This document shows positions 10,880 through 18,646 of a stretch of DNA of 64,000 nt, in pieces. The notes under the pieces are model-generated. The model was not told the origin of the DNA, ran no database searches, and saw only the letters and a program-made list of their open reading frames with translations. Source of the DNA: Oleiphilaceae bacterium. GTDB taxonomy: Bacteria > Pseudomonadota > Gammaproteobacteria > Pseudomonadales > Oleiphilaceae. Location: positions 29,588-93,587 of the forward strand of contig JAKVBL010000001.1 in assembly GCA_022447365.1 (NCBI GenBank). The letters run 5' to 3'. The first letter of the stretch is position 1. Each line of letters begins with the position of its first letter. Both the position numbers and the translations under genes were made by a program.

Positions 10880-10967
10880 AGTGTTTCCTTATCGTTAGTT
10901 TTCTTTTTGATCCTAAAGTTAGTATAGCGAGAAATCTTGATGAAAACGGGCAATATTTGCATAAGGC

Positions 10968-10995
10968 TTTACCAACGCGTTTGCTCGCCTATACT
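10968..10995 (+). promoter_or_regulatory. Candidate sigma70 promoter for the REC-PP2C gene
   Basis: TTTACC (10968-10973), a 16-nt spacer, then TATACT (10990-10995), about 30 nt upstream of ATG 11026. Pattern match only. Confidence 0.3.
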
Positions 10996-11025
10996 GCATA
11001 AAAGAACAATGAATATTGCGCAGTT

Positions 11026-12204
11026 ATGAGTCCAAGCTCAGATCAAATTTTAGTGATCGATTCCAACCCTGTTGATCGTGAGAATCTATTGAGTTATCTC
11101 ACTGGAAAAGGGTATTTTGTCCAAGCGGCTTCTAATGTCGAAACGGCGCATCTACTAGCTCTTCCTGAAGCGCCCGACCTGATTTTTGCAGATGTTCCCT
11201 CCGAACAAATCCCGCTATTGCCATTCTTCGAAAGTGATAAGAAAGAAATATCGTTGATAATTGTGTCTGAAGTTGAGTCGGCGGGTGATGTTGTAGCTTG
11301 TCTCAGAGGTGGGGCAGGGGATTTCATACTTAAGCCAGTGAAAGACTTTGAGCGTTTAGACTCAGTGATTCATAAAACACTGGATCAAATCCGTCTCAGT
11401 AAGTTGAATAAACGACTGCGATCAGAGCTCGAGGAACGAAATCGCAAGCTTCGCGAAGGTATTCACGAGTTACGAACAGATCAAAAAGCCGGCTTGCAGG
11501 TTCAGCTCAAGATGCTTCCTCAGCCAGATAAAATCATTAATGATTTCCATTTTGATCATATTGTTCGTCCGTCTTTGTACTTAAGTGGTGATTTTCTAGA
11601 TTACTTCCGAATCGATGATACAAAGTCTTTGTTCTATTTTGCAGATGTATCTGGGCACGGAGCCTCGTCTGCGTTCGTCACGGTTCTCTTAAAAAATCTA
11701 TCAGCACGATTACTGAGAAATTTACGCCGAAACTCAAGTGATGAGCTAAGCTGTCCAGTGAAGTTTTTGAAAAGACTCAATCAGGAATTGATTGTGTCGG
11801 ATCTAGGAAAGCACTTAACCGTATTCGTAGGTATTGTTGATCATAGTGATCGCAGCCTAACCTATGCCATTGGCGGGCATTTTCCCTTGCCGATACTGAG
11901 TAGTCCGTCTGGTGCGGAGTACTTAAATGCAAAAGGTGTCGCGGTTGGTTTATTTCCTGATCCAGAGTTTGAGCGGGTTGTATGCCCTTTGCCACAAGAC
12001 TTTAAAATCACTGTTTTTTCAGATGGGATATTAGAAGTTTTGCCGAGTGAGACACTAAAAGAGAAAGAAAAGTTACTTTTAGATGTTGTTTCTCGTGAGC
12101 GAGGAGGGATAAAATCATTACTGACATCGGTTGGATTGGATGATATCGATGATCTACCGGACGATATTGCCGTGTTAACGGTCTGCGATAAGGATTCGTC
12201 GTAG
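11026..12204 (+). CDS. Response-regulator receiver fused to a PP2C/SpoIIE-type serine phosphatase (RsbU/HsbR-like)
   Basis: N-terminal REC with a plausible acceptor Asp (DLIFADV). C-terminal SGDFLDYF...FYFADVSGHGASSAF...FSDGILE phosphatase motifs; 392 aa. Confidence 0.8.
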   Translation: MSPSSDQILVIDSNPVDRENLLSYLTGKGYFVQAASNVETAHLLALPEAPDLIFADVPSEQIPLLPFFESDKKEISLIIVSEVESAGDVVACLRGGAGDFILKPVKDFERLDSVIHKTLDQIRLSKLNKRLRSELEERNRKLREGIHELRTDQKAGLQVQLKMLPQPDKIINDFHFDHIVRPSLYLSGDFLDYFRIDDTKSLFYFADVSGHGASSAFVTVLLKNLSARLLRNLRRNSSDELSCPVKFLKRLNQELIVSDLGKHLTVFVGIVDHSDRSLTYAIGGHFPLPILSSPSGAEYLNAKGVAVGLFPDPEFERVVCPLPQDFKITVFSDGILEVLPSETLKEKEKLLLDVVSRERGGIKSLLTSVGLDDIDDLPDDIAVLTVCDKDSS

Positions 12205-12247
12205 CGGATGGTAGGGTGTTGCTTGCATTATCAAGAGTTAGTTAGCG

Positions 12248-12754
12248 ATGTCCGAATGTAGAGTGTTACAAGCCGATTGTAGCGGTGTATATGTATTAAA
12301 GTTGGTGGGTGAAGTCCGCTTAAATGCGTGCTCGACCATTGATGTGGCGATTGATACGATTTCTGAAAATCCCAATTTTCGGAGTCTCATTGTCGATCTC
12401 ACTGAAACCATACATCTAGATAGCACTACACTAGGCATGCTGGCCAAGCTTGCTGTAAAAGCAAAAGAAAAGTCCCACTTTTTACCCTCTATTGTTTCTA
12501 CCAATCCAGACGTCACCCGAGTTATCGAGTCAATGGGTTTTGACAGCGTTTTCTTGATTACGCGTGAACCGATTGAAAATGAGTCAGAACTGTTAGAAAT
12601 GCCACAAAGCCCTCTTCAAGAAGAAGAAATGCGCCAGACGGTTTTAAAAGCGCATAAAGTCTTGATGGACATTAACGAGAGCAATTGTACGAAGTTTCGT
12701 GACCTTGTTGATGCACTAGAAGGCAACGACGTTGTGACCTTTAAAGCAGGCTAG
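12248..12754 (+). CDS. STAS-domain anti-sigma-factor antagonist-like protein
   Basis: 168 aa. VLKLVGEVRLNA...LIVDLTETIHLDSTTLGML...VIESMGFDSVF shows the STAS fold pattern with a conserved Ser in the DS-T-LG motif. It lies immediately downstream of the PP2C phosphatase. Confidence 0.7.
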   Translation: MSECRVLQADCSGVYVLKLVGEVRLNACSTIDVAIDTISENPNFRSLIVDLTETIHLDSTTLGMLAKLAVKAKEKSHFLPSIVSTNPDVTRVIESMGFDSVFLITREPIENESELLEMPQSPLQEEEMRQTVLKAHKVLMDINESNCTKFRDLVDALEGNDVVTFKAG

Positions 12755-12782
12755 CCCTGTAAGTTATTCAAGAGATTTTTAA

Positions 12783-13811
12783 ATGAGCGATTGCAAACGC
12801 ATTGCCGTTCTTGGTGGTGGGAGCTTCGGCACCGTCATTGCAAATATTGCTGCCGAGAATGGATATGACGTTGCTCTTTGGATGCGCAATGAAGACGCCG
12901 TTCAAGAGATTCAACAAACGGGTATCAACCAACGATACTTGCCAGATTTAGTACTTCACGAAAACTTATCCGTCAGTAGCGATCTTAAGACTGCGGTCGA
13001 TGGCGCGAATGTTATCTTTTTTGCGATCCCTAGTAAGTCATTTCGTATGGTTGTGGAGCAAGTTTCAGGCTTCATTTCTGAAGGACAGATGGTTGTTAGT
13101 ACGACTAAAGGCATTGAACCTGGCACACTAAATCTGATGAGCGATATTCTTCGCTCTGAATTGCCAAACAATCGTGTTGGTGTCATGGGTGGGCCTAATC
13201 TCGCAAAAGAAATTGCGAAACATGAAATTACCGCTACTGTAATTGCGAGTGAAGATTCTGATTTGCGCCGTATTGTGCAAGAAGCGCTTAGCTGCGAATA
13301 CTTTCGAGTGTATGCGAGTGCCGATGTGTACGGGGTAGAGCTTGGCGGTGCTCTCAAAAATATCTACGCGATTATTGCTGGCATTGCTGCGGCTAAGAAA
13401 TTAGGTGAGAACACGATTGCTATGCTGCTAACACGTTCCATTGCTGAGATGGGACGTTTTGCTGAGCATCAGGGCGCGAATCCGATGACTTTTCTAGGTT
13501 TATCTGGCGTGGGTGACTTGATCGCAACGTGTTGTTCTCCATTGAGCCGAAATTACCGAGTGGGCTTTGCCTTTGGCGAAGGGAAAAACCTCGAGCAAGC
13601 AATCGAAAGCTTGGGTGAGGTCGCTGAGGGTGTGAACACGCTTAAGCAGGTAAAACGCTATGCGGATGAACATGATATTTACATGCCGCTCGTGCAGGGC
13701 TTATATAAGGTTATGTATGAGCAGCAGCCGATCTCAATGGTTGTAAAAGGATTGATGCTCGCTGAGCGTAATACAGATGTTGAATATACTTTACCGAAGG
13801 ATGAAATTTAA
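12783..13811 (+). CDS. gpsA: NAD(P)H-dependent glycerol-3-phosphate dehydrogenase
   Basis: Rossmann IAVLGGGSFGT plus GPNLAKE, GALKNIYA and SRNYRVG motifs; 342 aa. Confidence 0.9.
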   Translation: MSDCKRIAVLGGGSFGTVIANIAAENGYDVALWMRNEDAVQEIQQTGINQRYLPDLVLHENLSVSSDLKTAVDGANVIFFAIPSKSFRMVVEQVSGFISEGQMVVSTTKGIEPGTLNLMSDILRSELPNNRVGVMGGPNLAKEIAKHEITATVIASEDSDLRRIVQEALSCEYFRVYASADVYGVELGGALKNIYAIIAGIAAAKKLGENTIAMLLTRSIAEMGRFAEHQGANPMTFLGLSGVGDLIATCCSPLSRNYRVGFAFGEGKNLEQAIESLGEVAEGVNTLKQVKRYADEHDIYMPLVQGLYKVMYEQQPISMVVKGLMLAERNTDVEYTLPKDEI

Positions 13812-14068
13812 TGCGTATCGCGTATGTTTTATTGTTTTGTGTTGTTTTCAGCTTTTCTGAGATCGTCATTGCGGTGATCGCTTTAATTCAGAGTATTTTG
13901 AGTGTGACAGTCGGCGAACCAAGCGAAACGCTTAAGGATTTTGGTGCGCGACTGGGTGTGTATTTAAAGCAAATCTCTGAATTTATCAGTTTCTCCTCAG
14001 ACGAAAAGCCGTTCCCTTTCGCTGACTGGCCAGAACCCGAGAGCAAGCGAGATAGTACGAATGATTAA
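13811..14068 (+). CDS. Small membrane protein (possibly DUF4389-like)
   Basis: 85 aa with a hydrophobic N-terminus and the motif SSDEKPFPFADWP. Its start overlaps the gpsA stop (TAATG) and its stop overlaps the sixA start (ATGATTAA). Confidence 0.5.
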   Translation: MRIAYVLLFCVVFSFSEIVIAVIALIQSILSVTVGEPSETLKDFGARLGVYLKQISEFISFSSDEKPFPFADWPEPESKRDSTND

Positions 14069-14513
14069 TTTGTTTTTGTGCCGTCACGGTGAAGCATCTT
14101 TTGATGCGCCAAGTGATCGACAACGTCCATTGACCGATGCCGGCATTGCAAAGACAAAAGAAACTATTCTTCGCCTATCTAAAATGAATATGTCTGTAAG
14201 CGACATCTGGTGTAGTGACTTGATGCGAGCACAACAGACAGCGCAATTATTTTCATCAGAATATAGTCTTATCGTCGAAGAGCAGACGTTTCTTCGTCCT
14301 GATTCTGACCCTGAGCGTGCGACAAGAAAGCTAAATTTATTACGCGATGATCAAACCTTGCTGATTGTGGCCCATATGCCATTGCTTGGAGAGCTAGTCA
14401 GCCTCTTAACAGAAGGGCACCCCTACACTAGCTATCCTTTTCAAACAAGCGAGTTAGTGCACTTACGTGGTGAAGTGATCGCCTCTGGCATGTGTGATAT
14501 CGTCCCCGTTTAA
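14061..14513 (+). CDS. sixA: Phosphohistidine phosphatase SixA
   Basis: N-terminal LFLCRHGEA (RHG catalytic motif of the histidine phosphatase superfamily); about 150 aa, typical of SixA. Confidence 0.8.
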   Translation: MINLFLCRHGEASFDAPSDRQRPLTDAGIAKTKETILRLSKMNMSVSDIWCSDLMRAQQTAQLFSSEYSLIVEEQTFLRPDSDPERATRKLNLLRDDQTLLIVAHMPLLGELVSLLTEGHPYTSYPFQTSELVHLRGEVIASGMCDIVPV

Positions 14514-14536
14514 CGAACAAACTTTTTACTAGAGTT

Positions 14537-15430
14537 ATGAATTTCTACCCGATTGACTATATCGAGCCGGTGTTTCGTCCACCAAGCGAGGCTTATTCAT
14601 TTATTTTGCCACTTACTAATGGCTGTTCTTGGAATAAATGCACCTTCTGCGAAATGTATACCCAAGAGCAAAAGAAGTTTCGCGCACGCAAAGATGAAGA
14701 AGTTCAAGCTGACATTGCTAAAGTCGCCGCACAAGTTCCTCAGACTAAGCGCGTCTTCTTAGCGGATGGTGATGCGATGATTTTGCCAACGCGGCGTTTG
14801 AAGTCGGTGCTTGAAAACTTGAAAGACTCTTTCCTAAATTTAGAGCGCGTGAGCTCCTATTGTTTACCGCGTAATTTGGCTAAGAAGAGTGTTGAAGAGT
14901 TAATAGAATTGCGCGAACTTGGGCTTGAAATGCTTTACGTTGGTTTAGAGTCTGGTGATGAATTTGTGCTCGATATGGTGAATAAAGGCGAGAGTTTTGA
15001 AAGTTCTGTATCCGCTTTGCAAAAGATTAAGCAGGCAGGTATCAAGTCTTCGGTAATGGTGTTGAATGGCTTGGGCGGGCAACGTTATTCGCAACAACAT
15101 GCTGTGAATTCCGCTAAGGCGATCAATGCCGCACAACCTGATTATGTTTCAACGCTTGTGGTGAGTTTTCCTATGGGAGAAGAGCGTTATCGAGAGCGTT
15201 TTGTTGATTGGGAGCCCTTAACCCAAACACAATTATTTAGAGAGCTGCACACGTTTATCTCACACCTTGAACTTGAAGATTCTACATTCCGTTCGGATCA
15301 TGCATCGAATTACTTGCCTTTAAAGGGGCAGTTAGGACGAGATAAAACCAAGTTGTTAATGCAACTTGATACAGCAATTAATACACCTGAGAAAATTCAA
15401 CTACGTGAAGAGTGGCAGCGCGGCTTATAG
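14537..15430 (+). CDS. Radical SAM-like protein of unknown function
   Basis: The Cys cluster NGCSWNKCTFCEMY follows FRPPSEA. The rest reads as a TIM-barrel-like pattern (GDAM, GLESG); 297 aa. The spacing is CX4CX2C rather than CX3CX2C. Confidence 0.7.
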   Translation: MNFYPIDYIEPVFRPPSEAYSFILPLTNGCSWNKCTFCEMYTQEQKKFRARKDEEVQADIAKVAAQVPQTKRVFLADGDAMILPTRRLKSVLENLKDSFLNLERVSSYCLPRNLAKKSVEELIELRELGLEMLYVGLESGDEFVLDMVNKGESFESSVSALQKIKQAGIKSSVMVLNGLGGQRYSQQHAVNSAKAINAAQPDYVSTLVVSFPMGEERYRERFVDWEPLTQTQLFRELHTFISHLELEDSTFRSDHASNYLPLKGQLGRDKTKLLMQLDTAINTPEKIQLREEWQRGL

Positions 15431-15443
15431 CAGTGCGTGTGCG

Positions 15444-15881
15444 CTAGCTTAGCTGTATCTGGTGCTTAGATAAGGTATCGACTATTTGAAATGCTGAACC
15501 AGAGAAGTTTGGTCCGTCGTTCTTAAAGTTGCTCATAATAGATAGGTGATCAATCAGCAGTTTTTCTAAATTGAGATTGGCGAATATGCTGCTTTGAAGC
15601 CACTTCATTGACCAGTCAGGAAATCTACGCACGATATCTTGTTGCTCGAGCACCCCAATAATCTTATGTCTGGGATCTTTCTTAATACGTTCAAATGCTT
15701 GATGAACAACTGAGTCTTCCCCTTCAAGATATTGAAAGAACCTATGATTTTCAAAATATAGGTAGCCTGAAATCTCTAGAACTAAATTATTACTATAAGA
15801 AATTTGTTGTAGGGCCTCTAATTCTTCAACCGTAAAGTCGGTTAAGGCCTGACTAACGTATAAAATAGCGGTTTCAGTCAT
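15444..15881 (-). CDS. Short BLUF-domain blue-light photoreceptor
   Basis: ILYVSQA (Tyr), ISGYLYFENHRFFQYLEG (Gln) and RRFPDWSMKW (Trp/Met) match the BLUF flavin-pocket triad. It is 145 aa with no fused output domain. Confidence 0.85.
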   Translation of the reverse strand: MTETAILYVSQALTDFTVEELEALQQISYSNNLVLEISGYLYFENHRFFQYLEGEDSVVHQAFERIKKDPRHKIIGVLEQQDIVRRFPDWSMKWLQSSIFANLNLEKLLIDHLSIMSNFKNDGPNFSGSAFQIVDTLSKHQIQLS

Positions 15882-15973
15882 AAGTGATTAGGCGTCGAGC
15901 TTCGATGTCTGTAACAATAGTTCAAGAATGTACTGATCTCCAGTTCCGCTAATCTACTAAGAAAGTTTTAGAT

Positions 15974-16528
15974 ATGACTACACAGAAGATACTTCCCAAT
16001 TTCGCATCTGAGTTAAAAGACCTCCTTGCACTCGAAGGTAAAATTCCTCCAGTAGAAACGTGGACGCCATCGCGTGAGAGTGAGCTCAATATTGTTATTA
16101 AACGGGATGGCTCTTGGTGGTATAACGGTGATGAAATGACGCGAGAGGCGACTGTTCAGTTATTCTCTCGCATTCTTCTGCTCGACGAAGAAGATTACTA
16201 TTTGGTGACGCCTGCTGAGAAGGTGAAGATTACAGTTGAGTGTTTGCCGTTCGTTGTACGACTTGCAGAGGTAAGTGGCGAAGGGCGAGATCAACGTGTC
16301 CTTTTGTCGACAAACGTTGGTGATACCTTTGAGTTGTCGCCAGATCATCCGATAGCTTTGCTTGAGAATAGCGCGGGTGAAGCTTTGCCTGTGGTTACAG
16401 TGCGCCGGAATTTACAAGCTCTAATAAGTCGACAAGTGTATTACGAATTAGCGGATTATATGGAAGAGAGTGCGGATGAAGCAGACCGCTACGGAATAAG
16501 GAGTAGCGGTCACTTTTTTAAGCTTTGA
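15974..16528 (+). CDS. DUF1285-like conserved protein
   Basis: IKRDGSWWYNGDEMTREATVQLFSRILLLDEEDYYLVTPAEKVKITVECLPFVV resembles the DUF1285 family core as I recall it; 184 aa. Confidence 0.6.
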   Translation: MTTQKILPNFASELKDLLALEGKIPPVETWTPSRESELNIVIKRDGSWWYNGDEMTREATVQLFSRILLLDEEDYYLVTPAEKVKITVECLPFVVRLAEVSGEGRDQRVLLSTNVGDTFELSPDHPIALLENSAGEALPVVTVRRNLQALISRQVYYELADYMEESADEADRYGIRSSGHFFKL

Positions 16529-18625
16529 TTATTCTTCGCTGAAGTCGAAGTTCATTTCTGTGCTAGGTGCTTGTAGGTAGTAACCCTGAATATAGTTAAC
16601 GCCTGCTTGCCATAGGGTTGCGAGTAGTGAAGCGCTCTCGACCAATGGAACAACCGTCAATTTATTCATGCCTTGCAGAGAAGTGATCACTTCTTTCATT
16701 GCTTCTTTGCCTTCAGGACTCTTCTGCATTTCTTCAGTAAATGACCCTTCAAGCTTCACATACTCCGGAGTAAGGTGTTTGAGAAGATTGAATGGATTGA
16801 TCGCACGACCAAATTGATTCACGGATAAATTGCAATGTAAGGTGTTTAATCCTTTTTCGAACTCTTTTGCTTGTTTTAGATAAGTAATCGCATTGTTTTC
16901 CGAGATTTGGAAAATCAAAGAGTCGCCGGGTAAGCGCGCTGCTTTTAATGCCACATTTAACCAAGAGATGAAGTTAGGATCTTGCAAGGACTCGGCCGTT
17001 AAATTGATGAATAGGCGCGTATCATGCCCTTGAGATCTGTGCTCACTAAGTTGCTTGATGGTTTGTAGGATGACCCATTTGTCGATCTTGCCAGCAACCT
17101 CTGATGGACCATTAGGTGGTAGGAATTCGTAAGGTGAAACTTCCTGGCCTTTATCATCAATCATGCGCACAAACGCTTCGTAGTGCTCGTGCGTTCCGCC
17201 GCGAAGGCTTTGAATTGGTTGGAAGAGCAGTTTGAATTTGTCTTCGTCTAGCGCTTTCTCAATGTAGCTGCCAGCGGTGTCGTGATTACCTAGAGGGTTT
17301 TCTACTTTAGGTTCAAATAACAATGCACCGTTACCATTGGCTTTGCCTTCAAGCTTTCTAACGCCTTCTGACGCGGTTTGCGCACGTCCCAAGATGTCTT
17401 TAATGTTTGGAGCGTTGGCATTAATGATTGTTACACCAATACTCAATGTGACTTGAACAGTTTTGCCTTCTACGTCGAACAAATGATCTTCGACTTCTTT
17501 GCACAGACTATTTGCGACATCCATTGCTTGTGCGTCGGTGGTGTCATTGATGATCATGCCGAACACGTCATCGCTTAAACGGGCAAGGGTGACTTTGTCG
17601 CTCTTCTTGGTTTCAAGAATCTGGGCTAAGTCTCGTAATACAAAGTCGGCGTCACCGATACCTAAATTCGCTTTGACACTGTGGAAGTGGTCAATCGCTA
17701 AATAGTAAACAGCAGCTTTACTGTCGTCGCTGAGGGCGCCTTCTTTGCTTTCATGAAGAGCATCCATGAAGTATGAGCGGTTATACAGACCTGTTAGTAA
17801 GTCTATCTGGCTCATTTCTTTCAGTTTTGCTTCGAGTTCAGCGGAGTTTTCTTCAGGACGCAAAATGATTTGAAGGCAGCTTTCGCCGTCATAGCTCGCA
17901 TGCGAGAAGCTAGCAAGAACAGGGATTTCTGTTCCATCTTCTCTGATTGATGTGAGTGAAACGTTTTCGACAGGTTTAGCGTCACTATTGCTATTTAAAA
18001 AGTCTTTACCGATCTCTTTGAATTTTTCTTGCGAATCGCCGCTGAGGGTGTCCATCACTGGGATGCAGATCATTTCGTCAATATCGTCGTAGTCCAAAAA
18101 CTCAAGATATGAGCTATTGGCATAGATATGCATCCCGTCGTTGATATATGCGATTGCGTCTTTAGAGCTATCGAGCAGTAATTCACAACGATGTTCGACA
18201 TCGCGAATTTCAACTTCAAGGTGATGCAGTTTTTGTATTGCGCAAACGTGTGATAACTCACGTTTGACCACTTCAACGAAGTGTTTTTCTTGAGTGCTTG
18301 ATACGACATCATGCGCACCACTCTTTAGATGCGCACTGACCTTTTCTTCGTCATATTCTTCAGAAATAATAATTAGAGGGATATATAAGTCTTTTTTTGA
18401 TATCTGAATGCAAGCTTGGCTTAGATCGAAGTCTGCCGCTGATTCTCTTGCAACAAATAAATCCCATTGTCCGTCGGATAACGCTTGCTCTAGTTCTTCT
18501 TCGTCTTCGATGAGTTTTGCTCTAGTTGCAATGCCAGCGTTTCGTAATAGGCTGACAAGTTTCTCTGCATCATTTTGAGAGTCTTCAAGTACAAGAAGGA
18601 AGAGGGTGTCGGTTTGTTTTGTCAT
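16529..18625 (-). CDS. REC-PAS-GGDEF-EAL protein with degenerate catalytic motifs (FimX-like architecture)
   Basis: 698 aa. The REC-like N-terminus lacks the acceptor Asp (WDLFVARES). The GGDEF position reads RLSDDVF. The EAL position reads EAF. EITE reads QISEN and DDFG reads NQFG. The terminal IQGYY is retained. Confidence 0.75.
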   Translation of the reverse strand: MTKQTDTLFLLVLEDSQNDAEKLVSLLRNAGIATRAKLIEDEEELEQALSDGQWDLFVARESAADFDLSQACIQISKKDLYIPLIIISEEYDEEKVSAHLKSGAHDVVSSTQEKHFVEVVKRELSHVCAIQKLHHLEVEIRDVEHRCELLLDSSKDAIAYINDGMHIYANSSYLEFLDYDDIDEMICIPVMDTLSGDSQEKFKEIGKDFLNSNSDAKPVENVSLTSIREDGTEIPVLASFSHASYDGESCLQIILRPEENSAELEAKLKEMSQIDLLTGLYNRSYFMDALHESKEGALSDDSKAAVYYLAIDHFHSVKANLGIGDADFVLRDLAQILETKKSDKVTLARLSDDVFGMIINDTTDAQAMDVANSLCKEVEDHLFDVEGKTVQVTLSIGVTIINANAPNIKDILGRAQTASEGVRKLEGKANGNGALLFEPKVENPLGNHDTAGSYIEKALDEDKFKLLFQPIQSLRGGTHEHYEAFVRMIDDKGQEVSPYEFLPPNGPSEVAGKIDKWVILQTIKQLSEHRSQGHDTRLFINLTAESLQDPNFISWLNVALKAARLPGDSLIFQISENNAITYLKQAKEFEKGLNTLHCNLSVNQFGRAINPFNLLKHLTPEYVKLEGSFTEEMQKSPEGKEAMKEVITSLQGMNKLTVVPLVESASLLATLWQAGVNYIQGYYLQAPSTEMNFDFSEE

Positions 18626-18646
18626 TACTTATTGGTACCGCGTTAA

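Noticed and set aside
16526-16531. Zero-nt gap between the convergent DUF1285-like gene (stop 16526-16528) and the FimX-like gene (stop 16529-16531), and a 15-nt convergent overlap of the PaaI thioesterase and the GGDEF gene at 50014-50028.
   Set aside because: Tail-to-tail abutment or short overlap is common in compact bacterial genomes. No additional structure was seen that suggests antisense regulation.
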